From Neovahlkampfia damariscottae (taxonomy: Eukaryota): a stretch of 44,667 nt of DNA. Both the position numbers and the translations under genes were made by a program. Positions within the stretch are counted from its first letter, which is position 1. Each line of letters opens with the position of its first letter. Below the pieces are notes generated by a model. That model was not told where the DNA came from. It searched no databases and saw only the letters and a list, made by a program, of their open reading frames with translations. This document shows positions 22,643 to 34,644 of this stretch, in pieces. The DNA is taken from contig JABLTG010000156.1 of the NCBI GenBank assembly GCA_016618085.1, forward strand, positions 1 to 44,667, written 5' to 3'.

Positions 22643-23797
22643 TTACATGATTTCACATTCTCTTTCTTCTTCTTTTTTAACATCATCCAATGAAGGAGGC
22701 AAATCACTATAACCATCTAAAGCTTGTGCAATATAAGGTAATAAAGAAAATGATCTCCATCTATCAACTATATAATCATCTTTTTTATCATTATCTGTGA
22801 ATTTTGTTGTCACCCATCTTTTTGAAATGTTAAATTTTTTTTTTTTTTTTTTTTACCTATGCGATAGGATTTGTTTCATGGAAAATCTTTCTTCTTCATT
22901 TTTATTCAGCATTCCTTTTAATAAATCCGTCAATGAATCATCAACAAATTTTGGTATTGAAATTTCATTTTGGACAATGTTGTTATATAATTCTGAAAGT
23001 GTGCTACCTTGAAATGGAAATGTACCTGTAACCAAGTAATAACTAAATAAAATGAGTTTTTTTTTTTTTTTTAAACAAACAGTGTTATACCAGCAGCCCA
23101 AATATCACATTTGAAACCACTATACGATTCATCACCTCCAGCTATTTGTGGTGATTGAAAAACAGGTGTCCCTGAAACTGATGATATTGTGTCTGTACCT
23201 GAAAATTCATCTAGTTTCTGAGCAACTCCAAAATCAGAAATTTTAATTATTTCGTCTGGTGTAACCAAAATATTTTGTGGTTTAATATCACGATGAATTA
23301 TTCCTTGAGTATGGATATAAGACAATCCCATGATGAGTTGTATAAAAAATCTCCAAACCTTGTTAAAAAAGAATTAAATTTTTTTTAACACTCGATACTT
23401 CAGGAAGCGGCAATCTTTTATTTGGATGTGAATCTATAACTTGTTGTAGTGAACCTGCACCACAAAATTCTATGACTATATACTTTCTGTCTTTTTCTTC
23501 AACGTCAAATACCTCTAAGAGTCTTAAACAATTTGGATGATCTAATTTTCTCATGATATTGATTTCATTTTTTAGACATTCTTCACCACCTTTTATTTTC
23601 CTCAATTGTTTCATTTTTATTATTTTTACAGCAACTCTTTTTAAAGTTATGGAATCTAAACCTTCTCTGACTTTGCCATAAGCACCTTGTCCTAAAAGTT
23701 CACCAAGAACATATTGTTTAACTCTTTTTGGAGCTTTTTTTCCATAAGTTACTCCAGAACTAAAGTCTTGATCAAGACCAGACCAGGATTCTCTCAT
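22643..23797 (-). CDS. STK11: Ser/Thr kinase LKB1/STK11
   Basis: GQGAYGKVREGLDSITLKRVAVKI...LRKIKGGE, HRDIKPQN, SDFGVA, GTPVFQSPQIAGG...SGFKCDIW; C-terminal CaaX CEIM*. Confidence 0.88.
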
Positions 23798-23951
23798 TCA
23801 AAAAAATTTGTTGGATGATTCTTATTGGTTGAAAAAAACGATTTGAAAAAAAAGGAATATTAAAGTTTTATTGTAGAGAATTTAAGGTTTGAAGTTGTTC
23901 AATATCAGATGATTTTTATCCACCAATTAGATGTATTTTTAACTTTGTTAA

Positions 23952-24557
23952 ATGAAAAAACTGTTTAGGTCAGTGAGCAAGTCAGAGGATGATGTAGAAG
24001 ATGAATCATCCAAAAGAAAAGGTATATTTGTTGTTGGAATGTCTGAAAAAAGAGTTGAAGAATTCAAAAAAAATTTAGAATTCAACCACAGACTCGAAAC
24101 GATTGAATACACTCCACCACACAAGTTACTAACAAACTGTTTTTACGTTGAGACAGATACAGGTTTGAAATTTCAGGCACCTGTTGGTTTCATTTCTGAC
24201 ATTGAAAAATTTGATAATGCCTTTAGGTAAAAAGAGAAAAGAAAAATTTTTTTAATCATTTTTCTTGAAAGTGTTGGAAGAGGTTTTGTTATTGTGATTG
24301 ATTTAGATGATGATAATGATATTTTTTATACAGAGTTGGAAGAAATATTTCCTGAAATTGCTGATCTTCCCATTCATATAACATTTGGTATTTTTTCTTC
24401 AACAAAGAAAGATGTATCAAAAATTAGGTATAAATTTGTTGATATTTTTGAAGATTCACCTACAGAACCACTTGGTGAAGTTGTAGTAATAGATGAAAAT
24501 GACATAAATACTTTTGAAAAAACTTTGAGAAATGCGGTCACTGCCTTTTCAAATTAA
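23952..24557 (+). CDS. hypothetical protein, possibly a degenerate small-GTPase-like fold
   Basis: Two exons joined by intron about 24227-24271; alternating beta/alpha pattern. Confidence 0.65.
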
Positions 24558-24646
24558 ATTTTTTTTATTTTTTGAAAAACAAAATTGTAAATTAAAAGAC
24601 TTATTTTCATTGGTTATGTGAGATTGAGTGCTCAAAACATTAAATT

Positions 24647-25066
24647 TTATTTTGAAAGAGCTGCAGTATTTTCTTCTGAATTCGCAAGAATAACACTAGA
24701 ACCAAAGTAAGAAACACCTTGATAATGAAGCATTGGACTTCCATTGAGTGGAAAATAGCATTGATTAATTTTGAAGTTGAAGTATCCATTATTTCCTTGA
24801 CAACCTGATCGATCGTATCTTGTAATTCTTGCACCTGAAGAAGTGATTTCTGTTTTGATACTTCCTGTCTTTAATCCAGCAACATAAGCACCATTTACAC
24901 TGCAACATCCAATAGGGCAACTAATATGGTATCCTGAGCATGATTTGGTTTCAAAGAATCTAAGTTTAATTTCTGATTCAGATTCTTTTGCTAAATGATT
25001 GAGGTTTAATGAGTGGGATACTACAACTGTGACAAAGATAAGTGCAACAAGCAAAAACAATTTCAT
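24647..25066 (-). CDS. small secreted six-cysteine protein, copy A
   Basis: Signal peptide MKLFLLVALIFVTVVVS; 139 aa; paralogue immediately upstream. Confidence 0.85.
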   Translation of the reverse strand: MKLFLLVALIFVTVVVSHSLNLNHLAKESESEIKLRFFETKSCSGYHISCPIGCCSVNGAYVAGLKTGSIKTEITSSGARITRYDRSGCQGNNGYFNFKINQCYFPLNGSPMLHYQGVSYFGSSVILANSEENTAALSK

Positions 25067-25390
25067 TGGACGACAAATCATTTGGAAAGTTGATGAATTT
25101 ATTGACAAATCAAAAGACAAAAGAATTTCCAATTTTGGTATTTTGAAGTCTCCAAAAGTGTTCCAAAACACAATTATTTTGTTGTGTTGATCAATTTTTT
25201 GTTCTGCAGTTTTGGAGAAATATTGCAGATCAAGGTGCTGATTAAATGTTATAAGACATTGTGAATTAAGATGTGTCTGTGTAAAAAATAGAAAAAAATC
25301 CATCATATTCTTCTGTTTGTTGCACAATTGATGCAAAGTCGACCGACCATAAAAATAAGATAAAATTGCAACAGCGTCGAAAAATAATTT

Positions 25391-25809
25391 TTATTTCGAA
25401 AGAGTTTCTTGTGTTTCTGCTGAATTTTTAACAATAATACTGGAGCCAAAGTATGAAGAATCTAGATAGTGAAGCATAGGACTTCCATTATTTGGTAGTA
25501 ACATTGATTGAGCGAGAAGTGGAAATATCCATTTGTTGCTTGGCAGTTTGGTAGAGAATATCTAGTAATCCTTGCACCTGAAGAAAGGATTTCTGTTTTG
25601 ATACTTTCAGTCTTTGCTCCAGCAAAATAAGATCCAAGCACAGTACAACATCCAACTTTACAATTGAGTGTGTAACCTGAGCAGCTCTTGGTTTCATAGA
25701 ATCTGAGTGTAATTTCTGAGTTAGGTTTTTGAAGTAAGTGATTTAGGTTAAGTGAGTGAGATACAACGAGTTGAACAAAAACAAAGGTGAAAAATAAGAG
25801 TAATTTCAT
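25391..25809 (-). pseudogene. small secreted six-cysteine protein, copy B, with 1-nt frameshift
   Basis: Aligns with copy A to NQCY, then continues in another frame as PNNGSPMLHYLDSSYFGSSIIVKNSAETQETLSK*; break near 25495. Confidence 0.8.
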
Positions 25810-26317
25810 TGGTGGAAAAATACTTTTCAAGTTTTTCTGTAATGCCTAAAATGCTCGAATTGGGGTTTCTTTTGATTAGTTAGTGAGTACAAGTAGTTTC
25901 ATAGTATCATTTGACATGTGAAAGGTGTTGGTTCTTCAATTTTTTGGGAAGATCATCCTACTAAGGAGATAAAACTTATTCCTCTTAAGCACGACGTAAA
26001 CGTAACATTTGAAAAACAAACAAAATTGCGAGATTTTTTTGAATCTTTTTTTCTGCTTTTTTTGTTGAAAATGAAACCGTCAATGTGTGAAAACCTTTGA
26101 TTTATGCTTTTGGATGGTTTTACATCTTGTTCTTGCACTTGTTTTCAAAGAAAACAAACCAATTTTTTTACTTTTTTTTTTTTCTAAAGTTCATCTCTTT
26201 TTTGATAAATAATGGTTCCTATAGTTCCAACTTCTTTTATTTCAACACAACTGGTCAAAACAATAACAGTTTTTGTTCATAAATTTTTTTGAACCAACAA
26301 TTTTAGAAACAAAATGG

Positions 26318-26347
26318 ACCAATCATCACATGATTTTTCCGCCAATC
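26318..26347 (+). promoter_or_regulatory. tandem CCAATC boxes upstream of HDAC
   Basis: CCAATC at 26318 and 26342, ATG at 26366. Confidence 0.6.
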
Positions 26348-26365
26348 AGAATCAACTGAATTCGA

Positions 26366-27813
26366 ATGTCTACAACAAACAAACATAAAACAATCTCTTA
26401 CTTCTATGACAGTAAGTCCAAAACAATTGAAATTAACAATCAGACGATGTTGGAAATTATTATTATGGACAAGGACACTGCATGAAACCACACCGTATGA
26501 AAATGGCACATAACCTCATCTTGAATTATGGTCTATACACAAAAATGAAAATCTACGTAAAATTTAACATATTTTATTAACATAGATCCAAGAGACCACA
26601 TCCAACAACTGATCAAGAAATGACTAAATTCCATTCTGATGATTATATAAAATTCTTAAAACATGTTACACCGGATAATATTTTTGGGTATTCTGACAAA
26701 GATTTAGATAAATATAACGTTGGAGATGATTGTCCTATATTTGATGGTCTATTTGAATTTTGTCAATTGAGTGCAGGTGGTTCTATTGGTGGAGCTGTTA
26801 AACTTAATCATAAACAAACTGATATTGCAATCAATTGGTCAGGTGGTTTACATCATGCAAAAAAATCACAACCTTCAGGATTTTGTTATGTAAATGATAT
26901 TGTACTTGCTATTCTCGAATTATTAAAGTAATACAACATAACAATTTATATTTCTAAAAATAGATATCATTCTCGTGTGGTTTATATTGATATTGATGTA
27001 CATCATGGTGATGGAGTAGAAGAAGCATTTTATGCAACTGATAGAGTTATGACTGTTTCATTTCATAAGTATGGTGATTTCTTTCCAGGAACAGGAAACA
27101 TCAAAGATACTGGAGCTGGAGTTGGAAAATATTGTGCTGTAAATGTACCTTTAAAAGATGGAATTGATGACGAAACTTATCCAACAATATTCAAACCTGT
27201 TATTGCCAAAGTTATGGAAGTATTTAGACCTGAAGCAATTGTATTGCAATGTGGTACTGATTCTTTACATGGAGATCGTCTTGGAACTTTTAATCTTTCT
27301 TCAAAAGGACATGGAGAATGTGTTGAATATGTCAAAAGTTTTAATTTGCCAACACTCTTTTTAGGAGGAGGTGGATATACAATTAGGAATGTTTCACGTT
27401 GTTGGGCTTATGAAACTTCAATTATTGTTGATACTCCAATATCTAATAATCTACCTTATAATGATTATTTTGAATATTTTGGACCTGATTATAAATTACT
27501 TGTTCCTCCAGGAACTGGAAAAAATTATAATTCACGTGAATATTTAGCAACAAAAAGAAATCAAATTTTAGAGAACTTAAGACAATTGAAAGGAGCTCCT
27601 AGTGTTCAAATGCATGAAATTCCACCTGATACATTTTATGAAGAGGATGATGAAGATGATATTGATCCTGATGTTAGAGAACCTGAACAGATTAAAGATC
27701 AAATTATTGAAAAAAGTACAGAATTTTATGATGGAGAAAAAGATATTGATAAAGGAAGTGTAGAAGATGTTGAAATAAAAGAAACAATTGATGAAATGAC
27801 AATTGAAGAATAA
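26366..27813 (+). CDS. class I histone deacetylase (RPD3/HDAC1/2-like)
   Basis: [59 protein letters not shown]; three short introns. Confidence 0.96.
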
Positions 27814-27969
27814 AAATTTTTTTGCTGTATAGAGAATTGAACTCTAAAAAATAATCTACCGAAAACCAACATCAGACCAATGAGGTACCTTTCTCGTATA
27901 ATCGAAGACTCAGAGGAGTTCATTCAAAAAAAAACAATTACTGGACTTGCAATAAAGTGCCTGGAAAAT

Positions 27970-29291
27970 TTATTTTGAATCCATTTTTTTTTTCTTCTTT
28001 TTATCTGAATAATCTTCAATTTTTCTCTTTTTCAGACCTTCAATGAAACTTTGTGGAAATCGATAATTTTGTCTATCAACATAAACCCACAATTTATGAG
28101 AATCTAATTTCCCAAATGGTTGCTCAAATCCAAATTCATCACCTTCTGCCCAAGTGGATTTCATCAATTGAACTGTCACACTGTAAAGATTTTCATGTTG
28201 ACGAATTTCTTCCATTGACTTTAACCAAAATAATTCAATCATTCCACCAAAACTACCAGCCACATTTGACCATTTTTTGATGTCAAAATTTTTTTCAAAA
28301 TCACTCATATCAATTCCTGTAATTTCTTTAATTTTTTCATCAGTTTCAATTTTTAAACTTTTTGTCAATTCTTTAGGAATGACATTTTCAATTACTACAT
28401 ATCCATATCTTTTGAAATAGTCAATATGAGTTTGTGTTATTGGAAATTTATTTGTTAATTTCTCGTCTTCTTTTTTATTCCATTTTTCAAAACCATAAAG
28501 ACATTTACCCAAATTAGATAATTCAATAGGTTTGTAAGAATTACATTCATTCTTGGCCCATGTCTTTGGAAAGTCTTTTGGATGAATTCCAGTTTTTCTG
28601 CATTCTCTTTGATGTTTAACAAGTTCATGATTCAAATTTTCATCATCAGGTTCTCCAAGTAAATAAGCATGATAAAAAGTTTTTCTAATTGAATTTGTTG
28701 TGTTTTCATCACCATTACAATGTGCTGATCTAATATCCCAAATGATAAAATCACCTTCTTCGTATGGGATGAATGGTAGATTTTCATGTTCTTTTGATAA
28801 CTTTTGAATGTTTTCTACAATTTTTTCAAATGATTTCTTCCCATTATTTGTGTATTCTGATTTGTAATCATTCAAATTCCATTTTGGTGGTATTCTTTGA
28901 ACCTCTTGTGGATGAAGTATTTTTGAGTCATGTTTGATAGATAATTTTGTATTATGAGGACCCCAACGTGGTAAATTTCTCCCATGGTCTCCAGAAGGAT
29001 GTTTTTTATAATAATCTAAACAGTATTGTGAAAAACCAGGAATAATTTCAAGACCTGAATCTCCTTTTTGTTGATCATTCAAAGGAATTTGACTTTGAAA
29101 TATTCTGAAACGGTCTAAAGGTTCATATTTCAGTTTACTTGTTTCTAATTTCCATAACTCTATTTATGATAAAATTAAAAAAAAAGAATAAACAAACCGA
29201 AAGGGTTTGAATCTAAATGTACTCCAGTACCTTTTTGAATTGGTTTTACTTTTTTTTCTTTCTTTGATTTTTCTTCAATTTTTATTTTCAT
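27970..29291 (-). CDS. PhyH-like Fe(II)/2-oxoglutarate dioxygenase, apparently circularly permuted
   Basis: ATG 29291, intron 29160-29197; HLDSNP, FQSQIPLND, GLEIIPG, GDFIIWDIRSAHCNG, R; then FKRYGYVVIENV, GGMIEL, IRQHE, LWVYVDR. Confidence 0.85.
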
Positions 29292-29392
29292 TTGATTTTT
29301 GTTACAAAACCATTTGGATGAAATTGACCTATTAGAAACTGTGAAAATTTTGAAGTTTCAAAAAAACTACTTTTTAAAAATTGAATATTTAT

Positions 29393-31953
29393 TTAGTTGA
29401 TGATTGAAGCATCATTTTTGGTTGGTTTTTGGTTCTTTGAAATTTTTTCAATATCAAATTTATTTCTTCCACAACTTCTACTTTCAATAGGTTTTCTTGA
29501 ATGTTTTCTTGATGATTTTCTTGAACTTTTTGTTTTTGAAACACCAAATTTGGATTTTTTTACAGGTTTTTTAAAGTTAAACAATTTTGGATTGAAAATC
29601 CATTTTCCAGATTTTTTACCAACTTTTCTTTTTGAACCACCTCTTTTTTTGGATCTTTTGACATGTCTTGAACCCCTTCTTCCAGTTTTTCTTCTATTTG
29701 TTTTTCTTCCACTTGTTTTTCTTTGACTTGTTTTTCTTGAAAAGTGTCCTCTTCTTTTTGATACTTTTACTTGTCTATTTTTACGAATACCATTATGTCT
29801 TGAATCAGCGAATTTCTTTTGAATTGGAACTGAAACTTTTCTTGAAAATTTTGACATTACTGATTTGAATTGAAAGTTTGTTAAAGGTTTTGAATTTGGA
29901 CATTTAGCTTTACAAGCACCAACTAAAGCTTGTTGATAAGCACCACTATATGAATAATCTGTAATACCAAATGATTTTTCAGCAACAGTTTTTGGTAAAG
30001 AAGCAATATAAGTGAAGAATCTATTAAAATCAGAACATTGACAAAAGACTTCCATTTCAGCATTTCCTTTGAGTAATTCAATGAATTTGTTACGTAAAAG
30101 TTGAGTAAGTAAACGTAAATGTTCATCTCTTTCAACTTTTTCTTCTTTTGCTTCTTGTTCTCTTTCTCTTTTTTCTTCTTCTCTGTCTTCTTTATCTTCA
30201 TGATGACGTTTTTTATGGTGTTTTTTATGATGTTTTCTTTTTCCTTTTCCTTTATGACGTCTTCTTCTACGTTTTCCAAGAGTTTCAATATCAAGTGTAT
30301 TTTGTTCAAGAACAACAGCTCCTTTTCTACCACCTCTCTTTTTACCACCTCTTTTCTTTTTACCACCTCTCTTTTTTTTACCACCGTTTTTCTTTTTACC
30401 ACCATTTTTCTTTTTGTGTTTAACATTTTTAACAGCTTCTTCTGCTTTTTTAACTTTTTCATCAACACGAGCACGTCTTTTTTTATTAAGTTTTCTTTTT
30501 TCACCAAAAACTGTTTTCATAGCTCCTTCTTTATTAGCATCTCTTTTTTGATCAATTGTTTTCAAAATTTCAGCAAAAGCTCTGGCAATAGGATCAGCAT
30601 CAACTTCATGTTTTTCTTTTTTTAAAATTTTATGAATAGACTCTAATTCATAAGAAGCAAGTTTTTTTTGAATATTTGACATCCATCTAGGATTTGTTTG
30701 ACATAATTTTGTGAATCCTTTGAGACCATCTTTTCATTTGTCAATTTTTTTTTTTTTTTTTTACCTTTATAATTGTTTAAAATTCTGAACATTTTCATGT
30801 CTTCATAACAAACAGCACCTTTTTTTCGAATCCATTTAAGATATAAATCATCATATATAGTTGGATCCGCAGTTGGATTTTGTTCAACGAATTCTAATTG
30901 ACTTTGACTTGTTGTTGATTCAACAATAGCTCTAAAATATTTAGACATGATTGATTCTTTTTCATCTCTTCCAGAGAACATAGTGTTTTTACAAACCCAG
31001 TTATAAGCAAGTTTTTCTTGTTTTGATTTTGCAAGTCTTGCTGTCATATCAATGAAACCTGTGCTTTGTGGACAGTTTGTTACTACTCTTGAACAATCAA
31101 ATGCACATACATCTTTATCAGAGCATGTTGATGATTGATATCCTCCAATGGATAATTTATGTTTGATTGAAGCGACTAAAGCTGACTTTGAAACTTTTCT
31201 ACCTTTTCTACCAAACAAAAGAAGATTTTTCTTTGTAACTACATTGGTAGCTGTTTTACCAACTTTTCCAACTTTTTTTGCTAAATCACCAATTGTGGTT
31301 GGATTCCAAACTCTAACTGATATTTTTCTGAAAGTTTTAACAGGAGGAAGTACTTTGTGTTTAACAATAGTGAATGTTTTTTTTGGAATAGTTTTGATTG
31401 CGTTAAATGTTCTCTTACCAACTTTTCTCGTGATTTTCGCAGCTGTTTTGACCACTTTTTTAGCTTTTGAAACTGTTTTTTTAACAACTTTTTTAGCTAC
31501 ATTGACAGTTTTCTTTGCTACTTTTTTGACCGTTCCAACAGATTTTTTGACAACTTTTTTAGCAACGTTCGCAACACCTTTTCTGATTTGGTTAGCTTTT
31601 CTAGCTACCTTTGTCACAACTTTTTTAGCTTTTGAAGCAACTTTTTTGACAACATTTCGTGCTCTTTTGGTGATTTTCTTCACTGGTTTTGAGACAATTT
31701 TTGAAACTCTATAAACTGGTGTTTTTTTGATAACTCTTTTTGCAACTTTTTTTACTCTTCTAACAGCTCGTCTAATGCTCGAAAATCCTTTTCTGAAAAA
31801 GAGCGTTTCAGGTTCATCTTGTTGTAAGACTCCAATGGATTCTAAATCGTTTTCAACATCCAATACGTTTGCTCTTTGAGCACATCTAACCACCATGGAT
31901 GATGTATAACATATGAATAGTAAGAATGAGAGTACAAAGAGTTGTTTCAACAT
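29393..31953 (-). CDS. large secreted, highly Lys/Arg-rich protein (about 840 aa) with Cys-containing domains
   Basis: Signal peptide MLKQLFVLSFLLFICYTSS; intron 30730-30764 joins the two long ORFs in frame (NYK/DGLKGFTKLC). Confidence 0.85.
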
Positions 31954-32195
31954 CTCTGTTTTCAAGTTTTGTTTTGATTGGATTAAAAAAATGAAGCAAT
32001 GCGATTGGTCAAAACATGTCGACCAATAACATCTAACGTTGTCATTGAAACTGTAAACATATTTTTCAAAGTTTTTCTGTGAAATAAAAAAGTTCAATGT
32101 TCACCAATGACAAAGATTGCGAAAAATTGGAGTTTATTTATTCCAAAAAAGGAAGAATTTCAATATCAAGAAGTAAAGTCAAAAAATAGTTTTTT

Positions 32196-32813
32196 TTAAT
32201 AAAATTCTTCAGTCAGACGTATATTCAGTTCAGTTTCTTCCTCAGGTTCTCTTTCGAAATCACAAATCTCTAAATATGGGACAAACATAAATTCATTTGT
32301 TTTCTTGCCATATATCCCATGTTCTCTTAAACTTAAATAAATATCGACACCTTTTGGATTATAAATTTGGGCACTCTCAGCTTCTAATTCTTTCTTCAAA
32401 ACTTCAAACTCTCTCAGTTGTTTCTGTATTGTTTTTCTTCTCATAAAAATGATAAAAACTGTCAATAGAAGAACTCCTAAAACCAATAATATTGGTAAAC
32501 AAATAGAAAAAAAATACTTTTTTTGTGTGAAAATGTCAAAATCTTACAAAAAGATTGAGTTTTGTTATAAAAAGTGTTGTAATCACAATAGCCACACAAA
32601 ATGCAGCAATATACAATAATACAGCTAATATCCAAGACAGAGTAGGAATCAACAAAGATCCATTTTTTAGAATTCTTTGAGTTTTTGCATTTAAATAATT
32701 TTGAGTGTCATAATATTCTTGTTGAGTGACACCTTTGGTTTTTAAATATGGTGGAAATGTTGTGTCGAAGAATTGATTGAGTATTTATAATCAACTTGGT
32801 GTTGACTGGTCAT
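32196..32813 (-). CDS. two-TM membrane protein (ERF4/golgin A7-like pattern) with an apparent 1-nt frameshift near its start
   Basis: MTSQHQVDYK-[one A missing at about 32785]-ILNQFFDTTFPPYLKTKGVTQQEYYDTQNYLN, TM1, intron about 32517-32547, TM2. Confidence 0.65.
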
Positions 32814-32947
32814 CTGTCAAGTTGTCAAACCGACAAAAATTAACCAATAGAAAAAACCTTCATTATAAATTGAAACAAAATGAATTGATTTCGAATCTAA
32901 AATAAATATTTCTCTCCTTTTTTTTTTCATCCAATCACCATTCATCC

Positions 32948-34640
32948 ATGCCTCTTCCAACTAACTTTCGACAAAATACCTTCTTGATACTTGGATCTGT
33001 AATTTTAGGAGGTACAACATTAGGATTGTTCTATTATAATTACATGTTGCTACAACCACATTTTTCATCAATTTTTTGGGCTTTTGTTGCATTTTCAATT
33101 TTGAGAAAATTTAGGAATCCTGTGGCAAGTTTTTTTCAAAAATTTAATGAAGCAATTCCATCAAAATTAAGTTTATTTTTAAAATTTGGAATTTGTCTTT
33201 CATTTTTGTTTTTAATTTTTCAGCTTGTGAGAGGTAAAGAAAAATTAATTTTTAATAATTTTTTTTCAAAATGAAAGATTGGAATTCTCTGCACATTAAT
33301 CAGAGATTTCTTTATATTTTATTATATATTGTTGTTATATTATTAATTTTGTTACCTTTTGTATTGTCATATTCAACATTGGCAACGATATTTGTTCTTG
33401 TGATGTTATTTACAGGTACAATTTTTGTTGCCGTTTTTTTAGGATCAAAATGTTATAATGAAGTAAATTAAAATTTAATATTTAAAGTTTAGTCGATTAT
33501 TGCGAGAAATTCAATTGAGAATTTTATTGAACAAAACAAAATTTTTTTGATGGAATCTAATTCAACAGAAACAAAAATGGAAAAAATCTTATTTTCTGGA
33601 TGTTCAGTTATATCAAATGCATTGTTTAATGAGTATTACACTGGTGAATTTATACAAAGAAAATTTAATGCCACGAGTGGAGATTCATTTTGTGATAATA
33701 GGATTCATTATCTTCGATCAAATTTATCACATTTTTTGATTGAACTGGCAAATTTGTTGGCATCAAATATTGGATGGTAAAAATTGAAAAACATATTAAA
33801 AAATTGAATTCATAGGTTTGGTTCTGGGTTAACAAATTTCTTCAAAACTTCATTGGATGTTATCAACCGAATTGGAGACTTTCTATTTTCATTCATCATA
33901 TTTATGACATTTCTATTTTATTTCATTCAAGTAATTACATAAAAATCAAATCATTAAAATTTCATAGTTCGAGGATGTATTGTCAAAAGAGTTAAAAAAT
34001 TTAAGTCCTTTAGGATCAAAAGAAACAGAAGCTGTGGTCACATCAATTTATGAAAATGTCATAAAAACATTCAGTTATGCACTTTTATTGGCTATTGTTA
34101 AATTTCTTATCACTTTAGTTTCATTTTGGATTGCAGATTTTGAAGTCATTTGGGTATTTGCTTTTGTAAGTGGTTTCTTGACTATTATTCCAATTTTAAG
34201 TTCTTGGATTATTTGGTTACCAGCTACAGTACTAATTATTGCTAGAGATGGAATTTCAAGCCCTTCATGGATAATAATGATTTCATTGAACATTTCTGGA
34301 ATTTTTATTGACAATGCAATTTACAAAGTTTATTTCAAAGATCAAAAACCAGAATTAATTGGAATGAGTATTATTTTTGGAATGTACACATGGGGACCTC
34401 AGGGTGTATTATATGGACCAATAAGTTTGACATTTTAAGTCTTTTAATTTTCTTTACATAGTTTGTGGATTCACACTAGCTTTGATTAACATTTACAAAA
34501 CTTATATGGAGAGAAGTTATTTATCACAAGAATTTCCAAGTTCTCCAATGCCATATAAATTAAAAAGAAAATCAAATGAAAATGCAAATATGGTTAGGGA
34601 TATTGCCCATAAGTACACTCAAAAATTGCATTTTGAATAA
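32948..34640 (+). CDS. TMEM245 / AI-2E family membrane protein, multi-intron
   Basis: IFWAFVAFSIL; IIPILSSWIIWLPA; IDNAIY...PELIGMSIIFGMYTWGPQGVLYGP. Confidence 0.8.
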
Positions 34641-34644
34641 AAAT

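Noticed and set aside
25067..25336. 90 aa N-terminal extension of secreted protein copy A
   Set aside because: The paralogue and the signal peptide both place the start at ATG 25066.
25860..26290. Short coding-like stretches on both strands upstream of HDAC
   Set aside because: Interrupted by stops, no recognisable motif; cannot be supported as a gene.
30325..30415. Short tandem repeats as a possible CRISPR or satellite
   Set aside because: They encode the KKNGG/KKRGG peptide repeats and have no spacers.
29397..31714. Plus-strand Phe/Leu-rich ORFs and alternate-frame ORFs
   Set aside because: Antisense or off-frame shadows of the Lys-rich gene.
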